Position numbers and translations under genes: made by a program. 64,000 nt of DNA from Mobula hypostoma (lineage: Eukaryota). The stretch is taken from positions 15,748,001 through 15,812,000 of the forward strand of contig NC_086101.1 of the NCBI RefSeq assembly GCF_963921235.1, read 5' to 3'. Below are positions 12,701 through 24,600 of the stretch, one piece after another (position 1 is the stretch's first letter; each line of letters begins with the position of its first letter). The notes below the pieces were generated by a model. That model worked only from the letters and a program-made list of their open reading frames with translations. It had not been told where the DNA came from and did no database searches.

Positions 12701-13470
12701 GAATATCAACCTCACTCATATTGTCCTCACCATCATCAAGTTCCCTCTCATTGGTGAATACCAAAGAGAAATATTTATTGACAACCTCGCTCACTTCCGC
12801 AGGCTCCAGGCACATCTTCCCACCTTTATCTCTAATCGGTCCTATCTTCACTCCTGTCATCCTTTTGTTCTTCACATCATCGAAGAATGCCTTGGGGATT
12901 TCCTTTACCCTACTCGCCAAGGCCTTCTCATGCCCCCTTCTGGCTCTCAGCCCCTTCTTAAGCTCCTTTCTTGCTACCCTATATTCCTCAATAGACCCAT
13001 CTGATCCTTTCTTCCTAAACCTCATGTATGCTGCCTTCTTCCACCTGACTAGATTCTCCAGCTCACTTGTCAACCATGGTTCCTTCATCCTACCATTCTT
13101 TATCTTCCTCACCGGGACAAATTTATCCCTAACATCCTGCAAGAGATCCCTAAACATCGACCACATGTCCATAGTACATTTCCCTGCAAAAACATCATCC
13201 CAATTCACACCCGCAAGATATAGTCTTATAGCCTCATAATTTTCCATTCCCTAATTAAAAATTTCCTGTTCTCTCTGATTCTATCCTTTTCCATGATACT
13301 GCTAAAGGCCAGGGAGCGGTGGTCACTGTCCCCCAGATGCTCACCCACTGAGAGATCTGTGACCTGACTCGGTTCGTTACCTAATACTAGATCTAGTATG
13401 GCATCACCCCCAGTCGGTCAGTCAACATACTGTGACAAGAATCCATCCTGGACACACTTAACAAACTCTG
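9712..13470 (-). mobile_element. CR1 LINE (about 2.4 kb of ORF2 3' part, split by the solo LTR)
   Basis: ORFs 11337..11930, 12093..12554 and 12606..13247 with CR1 RT motifs (SQHGF.KGRSCLT.L, DFSKAFDKV); aacatagaac tail near 9712. Confidence 0.9.
9905..11287 (-). mobile_element. Solo LTR of the same Gypsy-like family
   Basis: TGTCA...TGACA termini; 5-bp TSD ctctg at 9900-9904 and 11288-11292; flanks rejoin into continuous CR1 3' sequence. Confidence 0.8.
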
Positions 13471-15254
13471 CCCCGTCTAAACCATTGGAACTAATCAGGT
13501 GCCAATCAATATTAGGGAATAAGGCTCCTGTTTCACTTCGGCGGTTGAATTTGACGAGAATGCAGGTGAAGCTTCAGAAGGAAGGAGAAGGGAAGAGTCC
13601 AGCAAAAAACAATCCCTGGTTTTCAGATGTCTTTATGTGCCAGACCGAAATGAGAATCAGGTGCATCAATTAAGGCACCCAACAGAACAAGGGAGAAAAC
13701 TGGAAAACCCAGAACAAGGATCGATGGACCGGACCGTGAACCAGAATGCGGATTTCACGGACCGGATCATGACAGTACCCCGCCCACCCCATCAATGGGA
13801 GCCTCCTTGCGAACCAAAAGGCTATGGACTACACGGGCGGGTGGTTGGGGGCATTCAACAGGATGGAACCCAGGATTTTGAGAGTAAAATGACAGTGTCT
13901 GTGTCCCTGGGTCCATGCTTGACTGGACTATTCTGTCATAAGGGGGTGGGCGTTGATGGTGGACCCAAATGCAAGACACAGACACTGAAGTACCAGGAAC
14001 AGGACAAGGTGTATCAAGAAAGCAAGGGGTGTCAGGAAGAAACAACGCTGGACATGGACACAGGACCTGGATGAGACAGGGACACCAGGCCTGGTCTAGG
14101 ACTAAGACTGGAAACATGGGACCCGGACGTGGAACTAGGATCAAAGAGCCTGGGCTAGGACTGCAAGCCAGAGACTGGACAGGGACCCGGAACCTGGGTC
14201 TTGCCTTGGGCTCAGACCCAGGATCTAGGTGAGGACGAGACGTGGCTACAGGACTGGACGTGGCACTCCTGCACAGGACGAGTCAAATGGACAGGACGAG
14301 AACACAAAGCCTTGACTTGGACAGGACGAGGTTCTTGGACATGGCTTGGACAGGACAAGGTTCTTGGACGTAGCTTGGACAGGATGAGAGACTCCTGGAC
14401 AGGATGAGGGAACTCCAGCACTGGGCTGGGCGAGGAATCTCCAGCACAGGATGAGGAATCTCCAGCACAGGACGAGGAATCTCCAGCACAGGACATGGCT
14501 CTTGAACTAGATTTGGCTCTGCTCTTGCACTCGGCTTGGTTAGGCTTTTGGGTATGGCGCCGGGACTTCTCCTTGGATGCAGGGCCGGGACACTTTCTAG
14601 GACGCAAGGCCAGGACGACTGCCGAGGATTTGGATGGGGGCGATCCAGCACAGGACGAGGAATCTCCAGCACCGGGCTGGGCGAGGTACTCCTGGTCTGG
14701 GCGAGGTACTCCCAGGCGTGTCTGGTCCCATTGTGAGAGAGGACAGTCTGTGACCCACTGCCCCACAGGGTCCCAAAGAGGGAAGAGGATAATGTGTGAC
14801 CCACTGCCCAATTGGGTCCCAGAGGTGAAGAGAATAGTGTGTGACCCACTACCCCACCCGGTCCCAGAGGGAGAGAGGATAATAAGTGACCCTCTGTCCC
14901 ACAGGGTCCCAGATGGGGGAAGAGGACTGTGTGTGACCCACTGTCTCACCTGATGCCAGCGTGAGAGAGGACTGTGTATGACCCACGGCCACTCTTCTAT
15001 AATCTGCACACTGAGCCAGTCATTGTTCATGGGTTGATAAGTGTGTGATCTCCAGCCAGTCACCCCAATGTAATTGTTGTTATCTTTAGTCTCCCATCTA
15101 AATTTGGTGATGGTCAGCGGTCCCGTTGGTGATGACACTGGAACTGAAGGTAGGAAACCAGACAGGGCTCCACGAATAGAAAGTTGATGGGGAAGGCTGG
15201 GTATTAGTGGGTGGTAATAAGCTCAGTATTGTCTCGGGCTGGGGAACCACTCAC

Positions 15255-15584
15255 CTGTGTGACTAACGGTTAGCCGTACTCCTTCTCCGATTTCCTCACC
15301 AATCCCGTCTATCTGTACTTTGCAGTAGTACATTCCAGAATCGCTCTCCCTCACATCCACCAGCTTAATGGAAACTTTGAAGGAATCCTCCTGGTCAGGC
15401 CCAAGGACGCGACCTGCATACTCTGCCATCCCGTTGGAGACTTCGGATGTGTTCCTGTACCAGCTGTAGAACACGGTGTCTCCAGAGTGATTGGCATTAT
15501 GGCTACAGACCATGAGGACCGTTTCACCCTCACCTGCAAATATACTGGACTGGCCTTGCATAACCGTGAAGCTCTTGCTTTTTC
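15255..15584 (-). CDS. NCR3: NCR3-like V exon, duplicated copy V4
   Basis: 330 nt, ttgcag|GA ... CAG|gtgagt, open frame GKSKSFTVMQ...VCSH...SWY...EVSNGMAEYAGRV...DSGMYYCKVQIDGIGEEIGEGVRLTVSHT. Confidence 0.88.
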
Positions 15585-16029
15585 CTGCAATGGAAAAAGG
15601 AGAAAGTCAATGCTTCCCGTTTGGAAGTTGGCCATTGGAGTGAGAATTAAGACCCAGTGTTAAAGACTGAACACATTCAACATTTGAAATTGTTTGTTGT
15701 CAATCGTCAGTACAAGAGTTTAAAGGAGGATGAAATCATTCTTTCTCCAGTTCAGACGCAGCATTAAAAAGAGACAATAAGCATAAAAACAAATAAATAT
15801 ATAAATATACACCCATCCTATAAAACACAACCTACAAGTAACTGTAAAGTGACAGTGCATGGGAAGGGTGCTGAGGGCTGTGGAGAGGAGTGGCTGATGT
15901 GGATGTAGTGGTGGTGGGGTGGGTTAATGGTGGAGGTGTTGATCAACCTGATAACATTGGGGGAAGTATCTGTTTTTGAGTCTGGTCCTTGATGGTGGAT
16001 AAGCCGATACCGAGGATGTGTTCTGCATT

Positions 16030-16310
16030 TTGAAGGGCTCATATAACAAGCTCTTCATTGGTTTGTCATATGAAGAGTGTTTGATGGCTCTGGACCTGTA
16101 TTCACTAGAATTCAGAACAAGGGGTGACCTCATTGAAACCTATCGAACAGTGAAAGGCCTTGATAGAGTGGATGTGGAGAGGATGCTTTCTATGGTAGGA
16201 GAGTCTAAAACCAGAGGACACAGCCTCAGAATAGAGGGGCGTCCTTTTTGAATGGAGAGAGGAGGAATTTCTTTGGGCTGTAAGTGGTGAATCTGTGGAA
16301 TTTTGAGATT
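16030..16310 (+). mobile_element. CR1 3' fragment
   Basis: ORF 16018..16251: LSYEE.L..L.LYSLE.R..RGDLIETY...GLDRVD...TRGHSL. Confidence 0.85.
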
Positions 16311-16679
16311 CCTCTAGTTTGTGATGATGTTCTGCTAGTTTGCATTTGAGCTCACCCTGACAGTGAGAAAGCTGAAGATAAATGTGTTGGTATGGAAATG
16401 GGGAGTGGAAATGAAATGGGTAGCAACTGGGAATGGGGAACATCATCCACACAAGCTTTCGTGGACGTGTGTCAGTTACCATGGAAGCAATAACTTGCTT
16501 GAAGTGTTGAGTGCAAATTCCTCATTTGAGATAATTCATTTCTCTCTTTGAACGATCCTGGCAAGATATCTGGGCTCCTCTGAAAGTAGCTGCCCAGTTC
16601 AAGGGCCAAGGAGGGGGATAGAGTCACCCCACATGGTGGGTAATCTGGGGTACTTCAGAAAGGGTATGATCGGAAATTG

Positions 16680-17400
16680 ATAGAGTGAGCAATATTAAGT
16701 TCCTGGGTGTTAATGTCTTTGAGGATCTAACCTGGCCCCATCATATCGATGCAGCTATAGCGAAGGAAGGTAAGACAGCAGACATGTTTCTTCAGGAGTT
16801 TGGGGAGATTTGACTTGCATCTGAAACTCTCGAAAATTTCTACAGATGTTCCATGGAAATCATTCTAAAAGGCTGTACCACTGTCTGGTTTTGGGCGGGT
16901 GGGGGTGGGGGTGCTACTGTACAGGATTGAAAGAAGGTACAGAAAGTTGTAAAATTAGCCAGCTCCATCTTGGGTACCAGCCTCTACAGTATCCAAGACA
17001 TTTTCAAGGAGTGGTGCCTCAGAAAGATGGCGTTCATCATGAAGGACCCCCATCACCCAGGACATGCCCTCTTCTCATTGTTACCATCGGGAAAGAGGTG
17101 CAGAAGCCTGGAGGCTCACACACTCTGCGATTCAGGAAATGCTTCTTCCCCTCTGCCATCCGACTCTTAAGTGGATTTTGAACCCAAGAACACTACCTCA
17201 CATTTTCTTATTATTTCTGTTCTTGCACGATTTTTAAATTTTACTATTTAATATACATATCTATATATATACTTACTGTAATTGATCCATTTATTATTTT
17301 TCTATATATTGCTGCTTAAGTTAACAAATTTCACAACATTTGCCGGTGATATTAGACCTGATTCTGATACTGATTCTGTTCCTGGTTCTGATCCTGCCAT
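16680..17400 (+). mobile_element. Rex1-like LINE 3' fragment
   Basis: LYSIQDIFKEWCLRK...KDPHHPGHALFSLLPSGKR.RSL (ORF 16970..17170). Confidence 0.75.
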
Positions 17401-19079
17401 CAGTCAGAGTTGGCATTGGGGGTAGAAACTTTGAAAACATGAGAAGAATGAGGTGGTAAAACATGAGCAGAAATGTTTTAACGAAGAGAGTGGTTGGGCT
17501 ATGGACTGGACAGTTCGGTGGTTACTATTTTAAAAACATTAGACAATACTATACAGGAATGGGCCTTTCGGTAAACAATGTTGTGCCAAACTAATTGGTG
17601 ACCAGATGTCCAATTAAACTAACCCTTCCCAACATAATGTCCGTATCCCTCATTTCCTGCACATCCATGTGCCTGTTTAAGAGCCTGTTCAATGCCCTAT
17701 TGTATCTGCCTCTACCTTCACCACCACCAGTGCATTCCAGACATCCACCATTCTCTGTGTACAACAATTGCCAACACATCTCCTTTGAACATACCCCCTC
17801 TCACTTTAAATGCATTCACCCTGGTACTAGACACTTTCCCCTGTGAAAATTATATCAGCTGTCTGCTCTGTCTGTGTCTCTTATCAATTATAAACCTCTA
17901 CCAGGCCTCTGCTCAGCTTCTGCTGCTCCAGAGAAAACAACCCACATTTGTCCAACCTTCCTTATAGAACCTGCCCTCTAATCCAGACAGACTGTTGCAG
18001 ACCTCTTCTGCACCTTCTCCAAAATCCCACCCTCCTTCTTACAATGGGGTGAACAGAACTGAATTCACTACACCAGATGCAAACTAAATAATTATATAAA
18101 ACTGCAATGCAACTTCCCAACTCTTGATCTCATTTCTTTGGATAATAAAGGCAAAGATGCCATATGTCTTCTTTCCCTCCCTATCAACCTATGTGCCACT
18201 TTCAGAGAGCTCTGGACTTGGAACACCAGATCCTTATGCTCATCAACACTGTTAAGGGTCTTGCCACTAACGTCACACTCTGTGTATGCGTCTGAATAAT
18301 TTCAGTTTTCAAGAGGGAACTGGGCAGCATTTGACTGGGAAGAGGTTGTGAGGCTCTGGAGAAAAGCTGGAGTGTGGAATTGTTGCATGGACTCAGTACA
18401 GACAGAATGAGCAGAGTGTCCCCTTTCGAAAGGTCAACTCTCAATCTCCCTCCCTAGATTCTGCCTGAATTACGAGTTCCTCCAGCATTGTGTTTCCTTC
18501 ATTCCAGGTTCCGGCATCTGCAGCCTCTTTGGAATTGGTTTTGCTTTATTATTGTACCATATACTGACATTCAGTGAAAAACTTGTCTTGCATACTGTTC
18601 ATTCAGATCTATTCATTACATGGCACAAGGAGGTAGTACCAGGTAAATTAGTAGCACAATAAAGTGTAACAGCTACAGGGGAAGTGCAGTGCAGGTAGGC
18701 AGTGTCATAACAAGCAAAGTTGTGAGGTCAAGAGCCCATCCGATCATACGAGGGAACCAGTTAATAGTCTCATGACCGTGGGATAGAAACTGTCCTCTTG
18801 CCTGGTGGTTCGTGCTTTCAGGCTTTTGTACCTTCTTCCCATTGAGAGAGGGGAGAAGAGAGAATGTTCCAGGTGGGTGTGGTGTTTGATTATGTTGGCT
18901 GTTCTACTGAGGCCGCAACAAGTCAGTAGACAGAGTCCATGGAGGCAAGGTTTGATTTGTGACCACCCTCTCCCCTTTTTCTGTGCTGAATCTCTTTTGT
19001 TATTCTCCTTTTGGTAAAATTCTAACAATGAAAATTAAAAGCCTGCAGATGCTGGAAAACTGAGGTAAAAATCTGAGGA

Positions 19080-19640
19080 TCCGGGATTTCGCGGCTCTGG
19101 AGGCGGGTGGATTCGAGGCTAGTGCCGCCACAGAAAACTAGTGTGTGGTGGGAGACAGAAGATTGAAAACAGCGAGCTGGCTGCAGGCTGTGTGTCCAGA
19201 GACCTGAGCTCTTTGGGTACGGAGCTCAGAAAAAGTGGCGCAACAGATTTTTAACATCGTAAATCAGCAAGTTGTTATATATCCCCTCTTGCTGTGAAAT
19301 GGGGACATCTCTTTTTCCCTTATCATGGAGAGAGAGAGCCTGCAGTATGTCGAATTACCAGGTGACCGAGTAGTCCTTGGGGTCTTTATTGATGCTTTGC
19401 TGCATGCTTGATTCCTCAGTGGGGGATGATGCATTTTTTGCTGGTGGGGGGGAGGTCGTTACTTTGCAGCTGTTTATGTATGGGTGGGGGGAGCTGGGGG
19501 ACTTTGGGCGTTCTAGCATTGAACTGTCCGTTATTCTTTTGGGCACTCCTCTGTTTTCATGGAATTTTGTGAAGAAAAAGAATTTCAGGATGTATATTGT
19601 ATACATTTCTCTGACATTAAATGTACCTATTGAAATACTG
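19080..19640 (+). mobile_element. Interspersed repeat (LINE-tail-like), with copies at about 57980-58580 and partially 21440-21670
   Basis: Shared blocks gagacctgag.tctttggg and aagaatttcaggatgta...tttctctgacattaaatgtacc.attga in both main copies. Confidence 0.65.
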
Positions 19641-19861
19641 GAAATACTCAGCATGTTGGGCAGCATCTGCAGGAAGCGAAACAAAGTTAATTCTTGGAGG
19701 GGAAGATCTTTCCTCAGAACGGGGCAAAAAAAAGTTGTTTGCAAGATTCTTCTGTTCTCTTGCTTACCTCCTTTCCCTGCTCTGAGGATGGTCTTGGACC
19801 ATTGGTCTTGGGAGTTGGGTCTGATTCGCACTGACAAGGAGATACTTGATGGTTGACTTAC

Positions 19862-20200
19862 CTGTCACTGTGAGATTCGTCCCCACCCCATATATTTCCC
19901 ATTCCTTAGTCTTTAACTTGCAGAAGTACATCGCAGAATCACTCAGCCGCACGTACTTCAGTCTCAGGGAAACATCTGTGCTGTTAGTGGAGGGATCATC
20001 CCCTTGAGGTCTCAAGAAGCGGTCTCTGTACTCTGCTGTTTCATTGGTCACTTCTGTTCCATTTTGGGCTCCCTTGACCCAGTGGTACGACCATACCTTA
20101 TTCGTGACATTGTGACTGCATGGAATAACCACTGTCTCCCCTTCTGTGGCAACAATGCTGGACTTGTCCTGACTGACCACAAACTTCTCAGCACCAATGC
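19862..20200 (-). CDS. NCR3: Divergent NCR3-like VJ-type Ig V-set exon (GIGAEKFVVSQ...IPCSH...SYHW...EVTNETAEYRDRF...DSAMYFC...YGVGTNLTVT)
   Basis: Acceptor ccctgctttcag|GC, donor ACAG|gtaagt, 339 nt phase 1-1. Both Ig cysteines, the C-strand Trp, DxAxYxC and a J-like GxGTxLTV motif are present. Confidence 0.9.
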
Positions 20201-21669
20201 CTGAAAGCAGGGAGCAAACTTTTAAAATGGTAAATTGGTTTATTATTGTCACATATACTGAGGTACAGTAAAAAACTACGTTTTGTTTGCCATTCATACA
20301 AATCATTTCATCACAGTTTTTCAATGAGTTAGTGCAAAGGAGGAACAATAGCAGAATGCAGAATAAAATGTTACAGTTACAGAGAAAGTGCAATGCAGGC
20401 AGAGAATAACACGCAAGGTAGATTGTGAAGTCCAGAATCCACCTGATCATACTAAGGGTCTGTTATGTCTTCTAACCCTGGAAAAGAGGGGCATGAGGGC
20501 TAGGAGTATGAGGGTGTAGCTCATTGAAAGCAGCATGGTGAAGAAGATTTTTAGCATGCTGACCATCAGTCAGTGCTTTGAGGATAGGAGTCTAAAAGTT
20601 ATGCATCACTTTTACAAGTCATTGGTGAGGCTGCACTTGGAATATTTTGTAGAGTATTGGCTACCGATGATGATGATGATGATGATGCAGGAAAAAGTAC
20701 CTGGATGTCGCCTGAATTTGGGGGTCTGAGTTACAAGGAGTAGTCGCATAGACCCGGATTTTATTCTCTGGAATGTAGGAGATTGCGGGGTGACCTGATG
20801 TAACACAATAAGGGGCATAGATAGTCTGAAAGCACAATTTTTCCATGGGGGGGGGGTGTGTTGCTAAAAGCAAGAGGACATAGTTTAAGATCAGAGGAGA
20901 CAGTTTTAAAAGGGACATAAGGCACACCAATGGTGTTGCATGGTTGAAATGAGCTGACAGAAATGGCGGCCGCGGCGAGCTAATAACAAGCATTTTAAAG
21001 CCTTCTAGATAAGCAGATGAATAGGGGAGGTTTAGGGGGCAGTGGGCCAAACGTGGGCAGACGGGACTAGTTCGCTGAGCAACACGATTGGCATGGGCGA
21101 TATGGGCCGAATGGCCCGTTTCCTTGCTATGAGTCTACAATCACTGAGGCAGAAATTGTACACAATACAGTATTCCAAGTGCGGCTTTACAATCTGTAAC
21201 AAAACCTCCCAACTCCCACGCTCAAGAGATTCTGCAGATGCAGGAAATCACAAATCATTCATGCTGGATGAACTCATTAAGTCAGGCAGCAGTTGTGGAG
21301 GGGCATAACCAGTTGACGTTTCGGGCTGAGACCCTTCATCACGATTGGAAAGGAAGGAAGGAGAAACGAGAAGTCTGCACCCTCAGTGTTCGACCTGGAA
21401 TTCAGACACCCCCCCCCCCGCCCGCCTGTCGGCTAGACAGGGGGTTGATTTCGGAAGCCTGGAGACTAGAAGCCCGGACGTTGTTCTTGGAATTGGTGGA
21501 CTGTCCGTGTGTGCATGTGGAAGGGAGGAAAGGGGCTTGTTTTGTTGTGTTCTGTGTTGTTCTGCCAACATTATGGACATTAATGTTGGCGCCAGAATGT
21601 GTGGCGACCCTCGCGAGTTGCCCACGGTCCATCCGTGGGTGTGTTGGTTGTTAATGAATGTTTTAAGTA

Positions 21670-24600
21670 TAAAAAGGTCATGGCGGAGTTATATAACAAA
21701 GGCTATAAACCTTCACTAAATTACCTTGCTCGCCTCAGGATCATTTTGGAAAATGAATCGCCTAAGTGGTTTCGTTCGATTGAGGAAGTGCAATTTCTTG
21801 AGGCCAAATCAAGTCCAGAAGACTAATTGTTTAATACTATATCATATAAATTACGCTTCCTTAGCTTGATCGATCTTTGTTGTTGGAAGTTTGCAATCTA
21901 ATAGTTTAGTACGTCTTTTTTTTTGAACAATTCTTTCTTCTATTCTCGTATACTCTTATAATTAGTTTCTGTTCTTATCGTATTTTCTTTGCTGAGTTAT
22001 TTTTTTTAACATGATGTTTTGAACTCTTCTTTAGCTCTTTTGAATAATATTTAGTCCATCAACTCCAAAAGTTTAAAATGTTTATTTCGGCTTCATATAA
22101 CCTTGTCCCCTCAGTTTGACTGATCAATTGTGCAGTTTATTTGATTATTACTTTTTTATTTGAACAATTTTTTCCCGATATATTTAAATAAATAATACTT
22201 CTTTTTCTTCTCGCTTTTTATTCTTTCTGTTTTGGAAATTAATAAACTTAACTTCAGTAAGTTTTCTTTGAAATTATTTTTTGCAAACATTATGTTTTGA
22301 TTCATTTTTAGCTCTTTTGAAGGTTATTTAGTCTAGGATGGAATTCATTCTGTACTAACCTTTTCTTCTCTTGGAGCTCTGCCAGTAGAATGTCGGGGGT
22401 GGGATTTATCAGTAGGTCAGCTTTCACTCACTCTTGGGTGATTTTTTTTCTTTGGGAGGGGGAGGACGGGAATGGGCTGTTTTTTTTTTCTTTTTCCTTT
22501 TTATCAGCTGTTTGGTTATCCCTGCCTCATATATTGCTTGGTTAAGTATTTTGAATTTTAAGGTTTGGATTTTTGGTAGATTACCGTGATTTATATGTTT
22601 AAGCTCTGTTTTAAACATATTTAAATGGTATACAATATTAATTTTCTTAGTTTAAATGTTAAAGGTTTAAACCACTCTGTGAAACGCAATAATATTTTTA
22701 CCTATATTAAGAAATTGAATGCCTCAATTATTTTTTTACAAGAGACACATGTTCGCAGAACTGACTGTGGGTGTTTGTTCAAACATTGGAATGGTCTAGC
22801 TTTTCATTCTTCCTCTCAAGTCAAGGCCAGAGGTACTTCGATTTTGATTGATAATTCAGTTGCTTTTGTTCAACATGATGTAATATCTGACCCCAATGGG
22901 CGGTTCGTTATAGTCTCAGGGAAATTAGACAACTAACTAATGGTTTTTGCTAATCTCTATGCTCCGAATATAGATGATCTTGGCTTTTTTGAACTTTTTT
23001 TTCTTTTTTACCAGACTTAAATTTATACTCTTTAATCTTGGGAGGGGATTTTAATTGCTGTCTTGACCCTGTTTTAAACTGTTCATCTTCGAAACGATTG
23101 AATATTAGTAGATCTGCCTTCTATGTTCAATCTTTTCTAATGAAATGTGACATTATTGACGTTTGGTGTTTTTTATACTCAACAAGTAGAGAATATTCCT
23201 TTTTTTTCTCCTGTTCATCATACCTATTCCAGGATTGACTATTTTTTTTTGTCGATAGTCATTTGATACCCTCTGTTCGATCCTGTGATTATAAAGAAAT
23301 TGCCGTTTCAGATCATGCCCACGTTTTTCTTTCACCTTTAAATCTTCCGGGTGTTTCTGGAGCAAACAGATTTTGGCATTTTAATCCAATTTTACTATCG
23401 GATAAGGCTTTTTTTTTTACAATTTTTGGAGAACCAAATTACTTTTTTCTTTGAAGAGAATACGCTAGATGACACTTCTAGCCTTATTATTTGGGATGCT
23501 TTCAAGGCTTATATTAGAGGCCAAATTATTTGCTATACAGCAAGTATTAAGAAAAAAGCTAATAAGGAGAGAACTGATTTAGCCAATCAGCTGAAACACT
23601 TAGATCAAAAATATGCTTCCAATCAGGATCCCGTCTTATATAAAAGACGTGTGGAAGTTAAAACTAAATATGATCTGTTCTTAACTTACCCTTTTGAAAC
23701 TCAACTTTTGAAAGATAAATGTCAATTTTATGTTCATGGTGATAAAACGGGCAAAGTTTTGGCCAATGAACTTAAAACCTTTACAGTTAAATGTCAAATT
23801 AAGAAAATCTCCAAAGCGAAGGGTGATAAAACTTCTGTTCAATTATAAATAAATGATAGTTTTAGAGAATTTTACTCTAAATTGTATTGTTCCGATTCCC
23901 CAAAGCCAATTTTGCAATGAATAATTTTCTAGTTCGTTTAAACATTCCCTCACTTTCTGAGGTTAATCAAAATTGGTTAGATCAACTTTTTTCTTCTGAG
24001 GAAATTGCCCGGGTTGTCAAATCTCCGAGTTCGTGGAAGGTTCCCGGTCCTGACGGATTTTCTGGAGAGTTCTACAAGGCTTTTGCTCCTTTGCTTATTC
24101 CTCACTTACTTTCTGTGCTTTTTGACTCTTTTAAATTAGGAAGGTTGCCACAATCTTTTTATGGCGCCTCTATTTCACTTTCTCTCAAAAAGAATAAAGA
24201 TCCAACTGATTACTTTTCCTACAGACCTATTTCTTTACTTAATGTTGACGCTAAAATTTTATCTAAACTTTTGGCTCATAGGATGGAAAACATTCTGCCT
24301 TTATTATCTCTGATGACCAGACCGGATTTATTAAAATCGTTATTCTCATTTTAACATTCGTCGTTTACTGAATGTTATTTATTCTCCCCCTAAAGAAACT
24401 TCGGAATGCGTGATTTCTTTGGATGCTGAGAAAGCCTTTGACCGGGTAGAATGGAATTATTTATTTAAAATATTAGAAAAAATTAATTTTTGGACCAATT
24501 TTATTCAATGGATTAAATTACATTATTCATCTCCCACTACACAGGTTCTTACTAACTCTCAGAGTTCTAAACCATTTAATCTCCAACGTGGGGGATTAGC

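Larger units (their letters stand above)
8457..14725 (-). mobile_element. Gypsy-like LTR element with about 160 bp of internal sequence; its 3' LTR is interrupted by a CR1 carrying a solo LTR
   Basis: Homologous LTR ends at 8457 (tgtta...ggacccaaatgcaagac) and 13934 (tgtca...ggacccaaatgcaagac), LTR start tgaca at 13770-13774, G-rich PPT-like tract at 13775-13795, gag-like ATG (MDPG) at 13916. Confidence 0.6.
1680..16010. repeat. Tandem segmental duplication with four units (VNTR + short intron + V exon + upstream intron + Rex1-like fragment)
   Basis: Homologous blocks recur around each V exon. V-to-V spacing is 3211, 2176 and 7695 bp; the differences are largely explained by VNTR copy number and insertions. 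Confidence 0.9.

Noticed and set aside
14212-15138. 308-aa ORF and overlapping long ORFs at 4407-5103, 8667-9524 and 10096-10561
   Set aside because: These are open frames through VNTR or LTR low-complexity repeats, often open on both strands, with no domain signature.
16355-16450. Possible separate leader exon for V4 (donor CAGG|gtgagc near 16354)
   Set aside because: The phase-1 frame (MFPIPSCYPFHFHSPFPYQHIYLQLSHCQ) lacks a hydrophobic core, and the segment is not present in the other units. Not fully excluded without RNA data.
18202-18444. ORF with a TM-like stretch containing Arg (VTLVARPLTVLMSIRIW), suggestive of an NKp30 TM
   Set aside because: That stretch aligns with CR1 sequence (gatcc...acactg..aagggtcttgcca) found elsewhere in the window, and there are no suitable splice sites.
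19767-19830. Small phase 1-1 exon right after V5 (VRIRPNSQDQWSKTILRAGKG)
   Set aside because: It would need an intron of only about 31 nt from the V5 donor, which is too short for normal splicing.
2100-20200. V(D)J recombination signals around the V exons (CACAGTG at about 19865-19871 and in VNTR copies)
   Set aside because: The heptamers fall inside LTV codons or repeat units, and I saw no correctly spaced nonamer. The V exons are already VJ-joined and end at splice donors, as expected for non-rearranging NCR3.
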